A DNA stretch of 64,000 nt from Actinomycetota bacterium (GTDB lineage: Bacteria > Actinomycetota > UBA4738 > CALAEC01), in NCBI GenBank assembly GCA_050693035.1, contig JBOGWB010000076.1, positions 25,069 to 89,068 on the forward strand. Reading direction: 5' to 3'. The notes under the pieces are model-generated. The model made no database searches. It was not told where the DNA came from and worked only from the letters and a program-made list of their open reading frames with translations. Below are positions 1 to 9,337 of this stretch, piece after piece. The position numbers and the translations under genes are program-made. The number at the start of each line of letters is the position of its first letter. Within the stretch, counting starts at the first letter, position 1.

Positions 1-1096
1 GCTCCCGGGCTCCCGGATGCAACAGATAGAGCGCCCCCGCCCGGGCCCGAAGCGTGACGGCGGCGGTGTCGAGGATCACCCCGAGCATGGCCTCGAGGTC
101 GTGCGTCGACCGGAGGGTCACCCCCAGCCGTTCCAGATTTCGCCGGAGCTCGTCCCGCGATTCCTCGAGCTCCCCCACGTACTGCTGGAGGTTCGTGGTC
201 ATCGTGTTGAACGCCTCGGCGATCCGCCCGAAGTCCTGTCCCTCGGCCTCCACGCGGGTCTGGAGGTCCCCCGCGGCAACCGAGCGGGCCCCCTCGGCGA
301 GCTGCTCGAGAGGCTCGGCGAGCAAGCGCGCCAGCACGAGCCCCAGCGCCGCCGCCACCACCAGGCCGGCCAGGATGACGAGCCACAGGAACGCGGGGAA
401 TCTCGCAGCGACCCGGGCGGGACCCACGAGGAGCACGCCGACCCGCTGTTCGGCGACCATCGTGGTCATGGCCAGCCGGTCCCCGTTCACCCGAACCGGC
501 CCTTCTCCCACCGGGGGAGCTTCCGGCGGCCGGGGCAGCGTCGACGCGAGCAGCCGGTTCCCACTCACTACTGCAACGTCCGTGCCGGCGGCCGCGGAGA
601 GCTGGCGGATCAGCCGTTCGTCCGCGTACCAGCCGCCGGTGACCGTGACCCGCCGTTCCCCCGCCACCACCGGGATCTGCGCCCGAAGGACTCCGGGGAA
701 GCCGTCCGGGGAGGCCAGGTCGCTCGGGGTGGGCGGCAGTACCCCGGAGCGGAACGTGGGCTCGGTGAGGGCCGATGCCAGCACCGAGCCGGACTGGTCG
801 GTGACCACCAGGAAGTCGATCTCGGCGTCGGCGCGGGCACTCTCCAGCGCTCCCGCAAGCTCCGGAGTACCGAGCCGCGGAGCCACGATCGCGGCGGCCA
901 GGCGGCTCTCGGCCCGGGCCTCGCGGAGCCGGGCATCCCACAGGGTGGCCACGGTCCGGGCGGCGGTGGCGAGGCGAGCCTCCGCCTGCCGCTCGGATTC
1001 CCGCCGGACGAGGGCCTGAAGAAGGATCGTGGCCGCGAGCAAGGGAACGACCACGATTCCGATGAAGAACAGCGTGAGGCGGGCGCGAAGCGTCAA
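1..1096 (-). CDS. Membrane sensor protein, N-terminal part (TM - periplasmic domain - TM - HAMP - start of GAF); gene continues beyond window start
   Basis: Minus-strand translation from TTG near 1096 (RBS AAGGAAG 7 nt upstream) gives LTLRARLTLFFIGIVVVPLLAATILLQAL (TM1), a ~230 aa extracytoplasmic segment, a second TM (FLWLVILAGLVVAAALGLVLARLL), a HAMP-like helix pair (QDFGRIAEAFNTMTTNLQQYVGELEESRDELRRNLERLG), then a GAF-like start (LEAMLGVILDTAAVTLRARAGALYLL). The plus-strand ORFs 17..1195 and 54..1019 are its antisense shadow. Confidence 0.6.
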   Translation of the reverse strand, partial: MTLRARLTLFFIGIVVVPLLAATILLQALVRRESERQAEARLATAARTVATLWDARLREARAESRLAAAIVAPRLGTPELAGALESARADAEIDFLVVTDQSGSVLASALTEPTFRSGVLPPTPSDLASPDGFPGVLRAQIPVVAGERRVTVTGGWYADERLIRQLSAAAGTDVAVVSGNRLLASTLPRPPEAPPVGEGPVRVNGDRLAMTTMVAEQRVGVLLVGPARVAARFPAFLWLVILAGLVVAAALGLVLARLLAEPLEQLAEGARSVAAGDLQTRVEAEGQDFGRIAEAFNTMTTNLQQYVGELEESRDELRRNLERLGVTLRSTHDLEAMLGVILDTAAVTLRARAGALYLLHPGARE

Positions 1097-1246
1097 GTCA
1101 AATCTTCCTTGCTTGCCGGCCTCCCGCGGGGCCAGCGTGCCCCCCGTGAGCCCACCGGTCCTCTCAGTACCCTATATCGGCGACCATCGCTCTGAAACTT
1201 GACGTTCCAGAGCGTCGCAGCGTTCCCAAGGAATCGGACCGATGAG

Positions 1247-1828
1247 ATGACAGACCCGTCCTGGGAGAAAGCCGACCTCCGGGCCCGGATGCGGGCCCTC
1301 CGCGCCGCTGTGCCTCTCGAGGAGAGGCTCCGGCTGGCCGTGGCGGTGGAGGAGCGGGTGTTCGCCCTCCCCGTGATGGCCCCCGCACGCACGGTTCTCC
1401 TCTTCTACTCCTTCGGCTCCGAGGTCGAGACGTCGGAGATGGCGAAGCGGGTCCACCAGGAGGGGAAGCGGCTCCTCCTGCCGTTCCTGGAGGCCGAGCG
1501 GATGGAGGCCGCCGAGGTCCTCCCCGAGGACGAACTCGTCCCGTCCGGCTACGGGCCGCGGGAGCCGGCTCGCCGGGTGGCGGTGGATCCCTCGGAGGTC
1601 GACGTGGTGATCGCCCCGGGACTCGCCTTCGACCGGGAAGGCTACCGGTTGGGGTACGGCGGGGGGCACTACGACCGGTACCTCAGCCGGATCGGTCCGG
1701 GCGCCCTGCGCATCGGGATCGGGTTCGCGGCACAGCTCGTTGAGCGCGTCCCCCGCGAACCTGCCGACGAGCGACTGGACCTCGTCGTCACCGATACCGG
1801 CGTGGTTGACTGCCGCTCGACCCGCTGA
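1247..1828 (+). CDS. 5-formyltetrahydrofolate cyclo-ligase (MTHFS)
   Basis: MTDPSWEKADLRARMRALRAA...GYGGGHYDRYL motif typical of 5-FTHF cyclo-ligase; ATG at 1247 in frame of the 1199 ORF (1199 is TTG). Confidence 0.75.
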   Translation: MTDPSWEKADLRARMRALRAAVPLEERLRLAVAVEERVFALPVMAPARTVLLFYSFGSEVETSEMAKRVHQEGKRLLLPFLEAERMEAAEVLPEDELVPSGYGPREPARRVAVDPSEVDVVIAPGLAFDREGYRLGYGGGHYDRYLSRIGPGALRIGIGFAAQLVERVPREPADERLDLVVTDTGVVDCRSTR

Positions 1829-1865
1829 CGGTCGGACGCCGCTCTCGCTCCTATAATCGGCGCGC

Positions 1866-2183
1866 ATGCCCACCTACGAGTACGCCTGCGTGCAGTGCGG
1901 GAATCGGATCGAGATCTTCCACCGGATCGGTGACGAGCCTCCCCGCGTTTGCGAGGTATGCGGGGGCGACCTTCGGAAGGTCTTCCACCCCGCCGGCATC
2001 GTGTTCAAGGGATCCGGCTTCTACAAGACCGATTCCCGGCAGACGTCCAAGGCGGGGAAGGACTCGGGCTCGAGCGAGGGCTCGGGGGAGAAGAAGCCCG
2101 AGCGGGCGGGCGGGGGAAAGGGAGAGTCGAAGAGCGACTCAGGATCCTCCGGGAAGTCCGAGAAGAAGGAGGCCCCCTCCTGA
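1866..2183 (+). CDS. FmdB-family zinc-ribbon putative regulatory protein
   Basis: MPTYEYACVQCGNRIEIFHRIGDEPPRVCEVCGG...; two CxxC pairs, low-complexity Lys/Ser/Gly tail; classic FmdB architecture. Confidence 0.8.
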   Translation: MPTYEYACVQCGNRIEIFHRIGDEPPRVCEVCGGDLRKVFHPAGIVFKGSGFYKTDSRQTSKAGKDSGSSEGSGEKKPERAGGGKGESKSDSGSSGKSEKKEAPS

Positions 2184-2983
2184 GCCAGGCCGAGATCGGG
2201 ATCTTCGGCGGCTCCGGCTTCTACTCTCTCCTCGAGGGCGTCGAGGAGATCGAGATCGAGACACCGTACGGGGAGCCCTCGGCCCCGGTCGCGGTGGGCG
2301 AGATCGGCGGAAGGAAGGTGGCGTTCCTCCCCCGCCACGGCAAGAAGCACGAGTTCCCGCCACACCGCGTGCCGTACCGGGCAAACGTGTGGGCGATGAA
2401 GGAGCTCGGCGTGCAACGGATCATCGGGCCCTGCGCGGCGGGATCCCTCCAGCCGCACGTGACCGTGGGGAGCTTCGTGGTCTGCGATCAACTCGTGAAT
2501 CTCACCTGCGGCCGAGACTCGACCTTCTACGACGGCCCGGAAACCACCCACATCTCCTTCGCCGACCCGTACTGCCCGACCATGCGTCGGGTCGCCACGA
2601 GGAGCGCGCGCGATCAACGGCTCGACGTTCGAGACGAGGGAACCGTGGTGGTGATCGAGGGACCCAGGTTCTCCACCCGCTCCGAGTCGATGTTCTTCCG
2701 GGCCCAGGGATGGGAGGTCATCAACATGACCCAGCACCCGGAGGCCGTCCTCGCCCGGGAGCTGGAGCTCTGCTACCTGAACATCTCACTGATCACCGAC
2801 TACGACGTCGGTGTGGAGGGCGGAGAGGTCGAGCCGGTGACGCACGAGGAGGTCATCCGGGTGTTCGAGGAGAACATCGTGAAGCTCCGGGAGCTTCTGT
2901 TCGGGACCGTCCCCGCGCTCCCGGCCGAACGGGATTGCCCCTGCGCGACCGCGCTGGAGGGCGCCCGCTTCGAGGTCCACTAG
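2180..2983 (+). CDS. mtnP: S-methyl-5'-thioadenosine phosphorylase (MTAP, PNP family)
   Basis: EIGIFGGSGFYSLL...FLPRHGKKHEFPPHRVPYRANVWAMKELGVQRIIGPCAAGSL...VINMTQHPEAVLARE matches MTAP. No ATG/GTG/TTG at the N-terminus; a CTG at 2180 sits 8 nt after an AGGAGG, so the start is uncertain. Overlaps the fmdB stop. Confidence 0.7.
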   Translation: MSQAEIGIFGGSGFYSLLEGVEEIEIETPYGEPSAPVAVGEIGGRKVAFLPRHGKKHEFPPHRVPYRANVWAMKELGVQRIIGPCAAGSLQPHVTVGSFVVCDQLVNLTCGRDSTFYDGPETTHISFADPYCPTMRRVATRSARDQRLDVRDEGTVVVIEGPRFSTRSESMFFRAQGWEVINMTQHPEAVLARELELCYLNISLITDYDVGVEGGEVEPVTHEEVIRVFEENIVKLRELLFGTVPALPAERDCPCATALEGARFEVH

Positions 2984-3067
2984 CCGCGACGTTCGTGTCG
3001 GCACCTCCGCTCACAATGGCGCCGACTCCCCGATGGAACACCGCGTCCTCCCCGGAAAGGAGCGAGC

Positions 3068-3763
3068 GTGCGACGTCGTGCGCCGGCCGCCTCTCGGGTG
3101 CTGATGGCTCTGGCGCTCCTGCTGGGAGCGTCGGCGACCCTTGTCCTGCAGGGCTACCTCTCCCGTCTGGAGGCCCAGGCCCGAGCGGCCGGGCCCGGGG
3201 TCCCCGTGGTGGTGGCAGCGCGGGGCCTGGCCCGCGGAACGGTGCTCGACGCCTCCTCCGTCAGAGTCGGCAGCATGCCGGAACGGTTCCTGCCGCCCGG
3301 CGCACTGCGGACCGTGGAGCAAGCGGTGGGGCGGTTGCTGTCGGCCGAGGTAGCCCCGGGGGAGGTGCTCACCGCGGCCAGGCTCGCCCCGCCCGGAGGG
3401 CCGGTGGCCTCCCTGGTTCCGCCCGGGCTGCGGGCGGTGCCGGTGACGGCGGCCATCCCGAGCACCGCCGTCCTTCCGGGTGACCGCGTTGACGTGCTGG
3501 CCACCTTCGGGCCCGGCGCGGCCTCGGGGGGCCCGCACGCGGAGACGGTCGCCTCAGAGGCCGAGGTGCTCCTCGTGGTGGAACGGGCCGGCTTCGAGGA
3601 GCCCGCGGGGGCGACCACCGTGGTCCTGCTGGTGACCCCGGAGACGGCGGAGCGTCTGGCGTACGCCAGGGCCCTCGCCGACCTGAGCCTGGCGATCGCT
3701 CCCCCCGCCTCCGTTGTGCCTCCACCCTCCGCTGTCGTTCCCCCGGCCTCCGCGGGGCCGTGA
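3068..3763 (+). CDS. CpaB/RcpC-like Flp pilus assembly protein (SAF domain), standalone
   Basis: N-terminal TM, SAF-like segment (VVVAARGLARGTVLDASSVRV...VGRLLSAEVAPGEVLTAARL) and RcpC-like C-terminus; no other tad/cpa genes nearby. Confidence 0.5.
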   Translation: MRRRAPAASRVLMALALLLGASATLVLQGYLSRLEAQARAAGPGVPVVVAARGLARGTVLDASSVRVGSMPERFLPPGALRTVEQAVGRLLSAEVAPGEVLTAARLAPPGGPVASLVPPGLRAVPVTAAIPSTAVLPGDRVDVLATFGPGAASGGPHAETVASEAEVLLVVERAGFEEPAGATTVVLLVTPETAERLAYARALADLSLAIAPPASVVPPPSAVVPPASAGP

Positions 3764-3803
3764 GCGTCCCTTCGGTCGCGGCCGCGCCGCTACACTGGCC
3801 CGA

Positions 3804-4616
3804 ATGTTCCGTGCCCTCGTCCTCGGCGTGGTCCAGGGGTTCACGGAGTTCCTGCCGATCTCCTCCTCGGCCCACCTCGTGCTGGTCCCGTTCGTGCTGG
3901 GATGGGAGACGCCGGGCCTCCCGTTCGACGTGGCCGTGCACGTCGGGACGGCCCTCGCCGTGGTGGCGTACTTCTGGCGGGAGCTCCTCGGGTTGGGAAC
4001 CGGCAGCGTGCGGACGCTGGCAGGAAGAGGAGACGACCACGACCGGGCGAATGCGAAGCTCACGCTGCTGCTCGCGCTGGGATCGGTTCCGGCGGCGATC
4101 GCCGGGCTCTTCCTCCAGGGCTTCGTGGAGGACCTCACCGACCGTCCAGACCTGGTGGCGGCGTTCCTCCTCGGCACCGCGGCGATCCTGATCCTCGGCG
4201 AAGAGGTATACCGGCGCCGCGGTGCGCTCGAGACCCGGGACATGACCCAGGTCGGCGCGGTGGACACCATCCTCGTGGGGATGTGGCAGGCGCTGGCCAT
4301 CATCCCCGGGATCTCGCGCTCGGGGTCCACCATCACCGGGGGCATCCTGCGAGGCCTGTCCCGTGACGCCGCGGCACGGTTCTCGTTCCTCCTGGGACTG
4401 CCGGCCATCGTGGGGGCCGCCATCATCGAGCTGCCGGACCTGACCGCCGTCGAGCCGGCCACGGTGGTCGCGGCCACCGGGGTATCGGCGGCCACCGGGT
4501 TCGCGGCCATCGCCTTCCTCCTGCGGTACCTGAGGACGAGGACCATGCGGCCGTTCGCCGCCTACTGCGTCGTGGCGTCCGCGGTCGCCCTGGCGATCTG
4601 GTTCCGAGGGTCGTAG
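3804..4616 (+). CDS. uppP: Undecaprenyl-diphosphate phosphatase (UppP/BacA)
   Basis: MFRALVLGVVQGFTEFLPISSSAHLVLVP...GISRSGSTITGGILRG; polytopic; ATG at 3804 inside longer ORF 3714..4616. Confidence 0.85.
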   Translation: MFRALVLGVVQGFTEFLPISSSAHLVLVPFVLGWETPGLPFDVAVHVGTALAVVAYFWRELLGLGTGSVRTLAGRGDDHDRANAKLTLLLALGSVPAAIAGLFLQGFVEDLTDRPDLVAAFLLGTAAILILGEEVYRRRGALETRDMTQVGAVDTILVGMWQALAIIPGISRSGSTITGGILRGLSRDAAARFSFLLGLPAIVGAAIIELPDLTAVEPATVVAATGVSAATGFAAIAFLLRYLRTRTMRPFAAYCVVASAVALAIWFRGS

Positions 4617-4633
4617 CCGCCCGGCGCCGCCGC

Positions 4634-5980
4634 CTACCGGCCGGCGACGGTCATCTCTCCCACCAGGAGCGTGGGCGTCCCGATGGCGCCGCCCCCGGGG
4701 AAGAACCTCAGGTCGGCGCCGATGGCAGTCACCGCGGTGAGCATGTCGAGCAGCGTGCTGGCCACGGTCATCTCCCGGAGCGGCTCACCGAGGGCCCCTC
4801 CCTCCACGCGAAGGCCGGTGGCCCCGACGGAGAACTCCCCGCTGACCGGGTTGGCCCCCGAGTGGACGCCGCTGACGTCCTGGACGTACACGGCGCGGCC
4901 CGACTGAGCCAGGAGATCCTCGAGGGAGGCGCGGCCCGGCTCGACGAACAGGTTGGACGGCGACACGCCGGGCACTCCCCGGTAGGACGAGCGCCGGGCG
5001 TTGCCCGTGGACGACGCGCCCTCTCGCCGGGCGGTCTCGGTGTTGTGCAGGAAACCGCGCAGCACTCCGCGTTCCACCAGGACGGTTCGCCCCGTGGGGA
5101 CTCCTTCGTCGTCGAACGCCGACGCGGCAGGCCCTTCGGAGAGCCGGCCGTCGTCGACCAGGGACAGGAGGCTAGAGGCGACCGCGTCTCCGACGCGACC
5201 CGCCAGGAGCGACCGGCCCTTCTGGACCTCCTCGGCCGAGAGCGACCCGGCCAGCACGCCCAGGAACGATGACGCCGCCCAGGGATCGAGGATCACGGCG
5301 AGGCGCTCGGTCCCGGGCTTCCTCGCTCCCAGCATGCGCGCTCCCCGCTCGGCGGCCTCGCGAGCGGCCCCACGCCAATCGAGCTCATCGATCTCCCGCG
5401 CGACCCGGAACGCGTGGCCGGTCTGCGTCTCACCGTCGCGTTCGGCCAGGGCCACCACCATGCACCAGCAGTCGGTCCCGGCGTCCTCCACGGCCAGCCC
5501 CGCAGTCGAGGCCACCGCCACCCGCGACACGGCGTCGCCGTAGATCGCCTCCTCCACCCGGGACACGGAGGGATCTGTCTCCGTGGCCGCTCGCTCCAGG
5601 TCCAGGGCCAGCGCCACCTTGCGCTCGGGGCCCAGGCCGGCCTGAGCTTCCCGGAACAAGCCGGGGAGCGGCTCGGCCTCCGCCGCGGCGAGAAGCCCGT
5701 TGGCTTCGTCCGAGGTGGCGAAGGCGGCGTTGTCCCGCGCCGCCTCCAGAAGCCCCGCGGCCTCGTCGAGATCGGGGTCCGCCGCCCACGCGTAGCCCAT
5801 CCGGCCGTCGCGCACGACCCTGACGCCGACGCCCCGGGACTCCGAAGAGGAGAACGAGTCCACCTCTCGATCCCGGGCCTTGACCGTCGTCTGCCGCGTC
5901 TGCTCCGCGTAGGCCTCGGCCTCCTCCCCTTCCCGGGCGCCGCCGATGGCGGCCCGGCACAGCTCGACCAGATCAGCCAC
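4634..5980 (-). CDS. pmbA: PmbA/TldE metalloprotease-family protein
   Basis: 448 aa TldD/PmbA-family sequence (…GVHSGANPVSGEFSVGATGLRVEGGALGEPLREMTVASTLLDML…); start overlaps the tldD stop by 8 nt, indicating an operon. Confidence 0.8.
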   Translation of the reverse strand: MADLVELCRAAIGGAREGEEAEAYAEQTRQTTVKARDREVDSFSSSESRGVGVRVVRDGRMGYAWAADPDLDEAAGLLEAARDNAAFATSDEANGLLAAAEAEPLPGLFREAQAGLGPERKVALALDLERAATETDPSVSRVEEAIYGDAVSRVAVASTAGLAVEDAGTDCWCMVVALAERDGETQTGHAFRVAREIDELDWRGAAREAAERGARMLGARKPGTERLAVILDPWAASSFLGVLAGSLSAEEVQKGRSLLAGRVGDAVASSLLSLVDDGRLSEGPAASAFDDEGVPTGRTVLVERGVLRGFLHNTETARREGASSTGNARRSSYRGVPGVSPSNLFVEPGRASLEDLLAQSGRAVYVQDVSGVHSGANPVSGEFSVGATGLRVEGGALGEPLREMTVASTLLDMLTAVTAIGADLRFFPGGGAIGTPTLLVGEMTVAGR

Positions 5981-7369
5981 CGGTGCCTCCGATCGTCATC
6001 CGGGCGATGCGCAGAGTGGGACTCCCAGTCGAGACCGGCACCCCCTGCCCGTCCTTGCCGCAGGTGCCGGGGCGGGAGTCGAAATCGGAGGCCACCGCGT
6101 CCACCGCCTGGAGGATGTCGATCCCGTTTCCCACCAGGTTCGCTCCTCGCACCGGCGTGGTGATCCGACCGTCCTCGATCAGGTAGGCCTCGGTAACGCC
6201 GAACACGAAGTCGCCGGTGGCCGGGTTGACCTGGCCTCCGCCGAGCAACTTGGCGTACAGCCCCCGACGCGTGTCCGCGATGACGTCCTCCGGGTCGGCG
6301 TCGCCGGCGAGGATGGACGTGTTCGTCATCCGGGGGATCGGAAGGTGGCCGTACGACTGGCGGCGGCCGTTGCCGGTCGAGCGCTCGCCGTCCCGCTCGG
6401 ACCAGAACCGGTCGTACAGGAACCCCACCAGCTCGCCCTGGCGGAAGAGCTCCGTCCGTTGCGCGGGGGAGGCCTCATCGTCGAACGAGAACGATCCCCA
6501 TCCTCCGGGCACCGTGGCGTCGTCGACGCCGTTCACCAGACGTGAACCGAGGCGTTCACCGAGACGGCCCCGGTAGATCGACGCACCCTTCCCCATGGTG
6601 TCGGCCTCGAGCCCGTGCCCGCAGGCCTCGTGGAACAGGACCCCCCCGCCGGCGGGCCCGACGACGACTGGCATCTCTCCCGCGGGGGCGGGGATCCCGT
6701 CGAGCATCGTGACGGCCTGGGTCGCCGCTTTGCGGGCGATGTCGGCGGGCGGATGCTCACGGAGGAGCTCTGCGCCCCCGAGCGCCGCCGGGCCCTCGAA
6801 CCCGGTCTGGCGCACCCCGTCCCGGGCGGCGACCACACTGACGATGAGGCGGACCCGGGGCCGCTCCTCCTCCACCCACGTCCCGTCGGAGGTGGCGATG
6901 AGCAGGCGTTGGATGGAGTCTCCGTACCCCACCCCCACCTGCCGGACCTCACCGGAGTAGGAACGAGCCGCGTCGTCGGCTTCCTGAACCCAGGCCACCT
7001 TGGCGTCGCGGGGGATGCCGTCCGCGATCTCCTCGGCTCCGTGGACCACCTCGGGCTGGGGCCGCGTGAAGTCGCGGACGGAAACGGGCTCGCCGCCGGC
7101 AACCGCCGCGGCAGCCGCCCGGGCCGCCTCGAGCAGCGCGTCCCGGTCGAGCCGGTTCGAATGCGCGTACGCGGTGGTCTGGCCGGCCACGACCCGAACG
7201 CCGGCCCCTCGGTCGATCCCCGTCGACAGCTCCTCCACCCGGCGGTCGTCGAGCCGGAGGGACGTGGACCGCCGCTCCTCGGCGAACACCTCAGCGAACC
7301 GTCCGCCCGAGCCCAGCGCAGCACGGAGCACTTCACGGACCAGCGACTCGTCGAGCACGAAGCGCAATT
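5973..7369 (-). CDS. tldD: TldD metalloprotease
   Basis: LRFVLDESLVREVLRAALGSGGRFAEVF...HEACGHGLEAD...GTCGKDGQGVPVSTGSPTLRIARMTIGG; HExxxH-like HEACGH present. The ORF runs further upstream as non-coding-looking text, so a TTG/GTG start around 7360-7370 is inferred. Confidence 0.8.
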
Positions 7370-7399
7370 CTATCGGCGGAGTTCGGGTACGGTGCAGCC

Positions 7400-9337
7400 G
7401 TGCGCCGGGCCCCAACGCTTCGGGCGCGTCCCGAGAAGGCCGCCAGGCCCCCGACCCCGGCAGACTGGCCGCGGGCGGTCGGGTTCGCCGCCGTGGCGGG
7501 CCTTGCCGTCGTGGGCCTGTACCTCCTGCACCCGATCCTCGGCGCCCGCCGACTGCCCATCGGGCCCGACGGGCCCGTGTACACGTGGTGGACCAACCTC
7601 GCCGCCGCCGAAGGCCTCGGGGTGATCCCGCAGCGGCCGGGGGTGCCGGGGATCGCCCTGGTCCTCGGATCCGTGTTCGGAACGGAGCCCCTGGAGACCC
7701 TGGCCCTCCTGGGCCCGGTCCTCGCGGCGTCATGCGGACTGGCGGGGGCGGCGCTGCTCGAAGCATCCCTCGGTCCCAGCGCGTTCCGGGCTTCGGCCGC
7801 CGTCCTGTTGGTCGGAGCGTTCGCCGGGTATCTCGCAGCGGGCTGGCTGGCGAACCTCGCCCTCACGGTCCTGTTCCTGGGCGCGGCAACCTCGCTCGCG
7901 CTGGCCGGGCGGTCCTGGCGGGCCGTGGTGGGAGGGGCCGCGCTCCTGGCGGCCGGAGGGCTCGCCCATTCCCTCTTCTTCGTGCTGGCGCTGATGATCC
8001 TGACGGGAGTGGTGCTGTTCCACCTTCCCGAGGCGATCCGCCACGTCCGGGGTGGAGGGCGACCCTGGAACACCACGGCGGCTCGGGTGGCCGGCGCGGC
8101 GGCGGGAGGCGCCGCCGGGGCGACCCTGGGGTTCGGGCTGATCGCCCGGGCGCCGATCCGGGTGAGCACCTCCCAGGACGCGCTGCTCCGCCGTATCGGG
8201 CTGGGCGACGTGCTCACTTCGTGGTTGCGCCAGCGGCTGCTGGTGGATGGGCGGCGCGCGGTGTTCCCCCTGGCGGCCGCGGGATGGCTGGCGTGGACCG
8301 GCCTCCGGAGAAGAGCGTCCGCTCCCGGCACAGGAGAGATCGCCCCGGAGGGCCGCCGGTACCTGTGGTCCCTGTGCGGGACCTGGGCGCTCGTCACCGT
8401 GGCGGGACTTCTGGCTCTGGCGGTGACGGTGCGCGGCCCCGCCAACCGGCTGCTGCCCTTCGCCTTCTTCGTTCCGCTCACCGCCGCCGTCGCCCTCCAC
8501 CGGCTGCTGACCGCTCCCGCCACCCGCGTCGAGCGGATCGGCGCGTGGGTCGCCGGGGCCGTCATCGTCGCCGCAGGCTTTTACGGGTGGGTCGACCGCC
8601 CGCCGTACGTCGAGGAGGCCGAGCTCCTGGCGGCCCGTGGAGCGGCGCGGTCGGTGGCCCACCTCCCACCCGGCACACCGCTCGTGTTCATCGTGGACAC
8701 CTCGGAGGACGCCGCCGGGTTCCACGTCGTTCGGTTCTCCAACGTGATCCGGATGGAGCTCCCCCCCGAACGGATCCCAGACCTGCGGATCGCGGTGGCC
8801 CGGCCCTCGGATTACCTGGCCGGCCGCCCCACCACGATCGGCGATCTCGAACACGACAGCATCTCCCGGGCGACGGTGGCCGAGACCGCGGCGCTCGCCC
8901 GGCGAGGAGCCATCCTCGTGGTCCAGCCCTTCAACCGGCCCGGGTTCGGCGAAGCGGTGAGCCTCGGAACCGTGGTGTCCCCCGATGTCGTGTCCCTCCG
9001 GGGCGGCCGGGTGGCCGGCGCCCCCCTCGAAGCCGAGGAACGACCGGGACTCGCGCCGGGGCCCCTGGTCCTCCTGTCGATGGCCACCCTGGTGATCGTG
9101 TGGATCCTCGGTGCGGGATGGGCCCGGTGGGCCTTGGCCGGCGCCGCCCCGCTGGCGATGGCCTGCGCTGCGCCTTCAGCGGGAGTTGCCGTCGCCGTCT
9201 TCTCCGCCCTCGCCGCGGACCGGCTTGCGCTCGCCTCCGGGCCGGCGGGCCCGATCGCCGCCGTCGCCCTCGGTGCCGTGGGATATGCGGCGGCGCTTCT
9301 CTCGCCGCGGCCTGAGGCTGCCGGCTCCTCCCGCTGA
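7400..9337 (+). CDS. Large polytopic membrane protein (about 12+ TM), possible GT-C-type glycosyltransferase; function unknown
   Basis: 645 aa, repeated hydrophobic helices, GTG start 30 bp from the divergent tldD start; no recognisable catalytic motif from memory. Confidence 0.45.
   Translation: MRRAPTLRARPEKAARPPTPADWPRAVGFAAVAGLAVVGLYLLHPILGARRLPIGPDGPVYTWWTNLAAAEGLGVIPQRPGVPGIALVLGSVFGTEPLETLALLGPVLAASCGLAGAALLEASLGPSAFRASAAVLLVGAFAGYLAAGWLANLALTVLFLGAATSLALAGRSWRAVVGGAALLAAGGLAHSLFFVLALMILTGVVLFHLPEAIRHVRGGGRPWNTTAARVAGAAAGGAAGATLGFGLIARAPIRVSTSQDALLRRIGLGDVLTSWLRQRLLVDGRRAVFPLAAAGWLAWTGLRRRASAPGTGEIAPEGRRYLWSLCGTWALVTVAGLLALAVTVRGPANRLLPFAFFVPLTAAVALHRLLTAPATRVERIGAWVAGAVIVAAGFYGWVDRPPYVEEAELLAARGAARSVAHLPPGTPLVFIVDTSEDAAGFHVVRFSNVIRMELPPERIPDLRIAVARPSDYLAGRPTTIGDLEHDSISRATVAETAALARRGAILVVQPFNRPGFGEAVSLGTVVSPDVVSLRGGRVAGAPLEAEERPGLAPGPLVLLSMATLVIVWILGAGWARWALAGAAPLAMACAAPSAGVAVAVFSALAADRLALASGPAGPIAAVALGAVGYAAALLSPRPEAAGSSR

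Noticed and set aside
17-1195. Long plus-strand ORFs (392 and 321 aa) at the window start
   Set aside because: Low-complexity R/G/P/H-rich translations; the opposite strand encodes a coherent TM-HAMP-GAF sensor, so these are antisense shadows of a high-GC gene.
7000-9315. 771-aa plus-strand ORF, 410-aa and 374-aa minus-strand ORFs overlapping the 7400..9337 membrane protein gene
   Set aside because: Arg/Pro/Gly-rich nonsense composition in alternative frames of a coding region; typical spurious ORFs in about 70% GC DNA.
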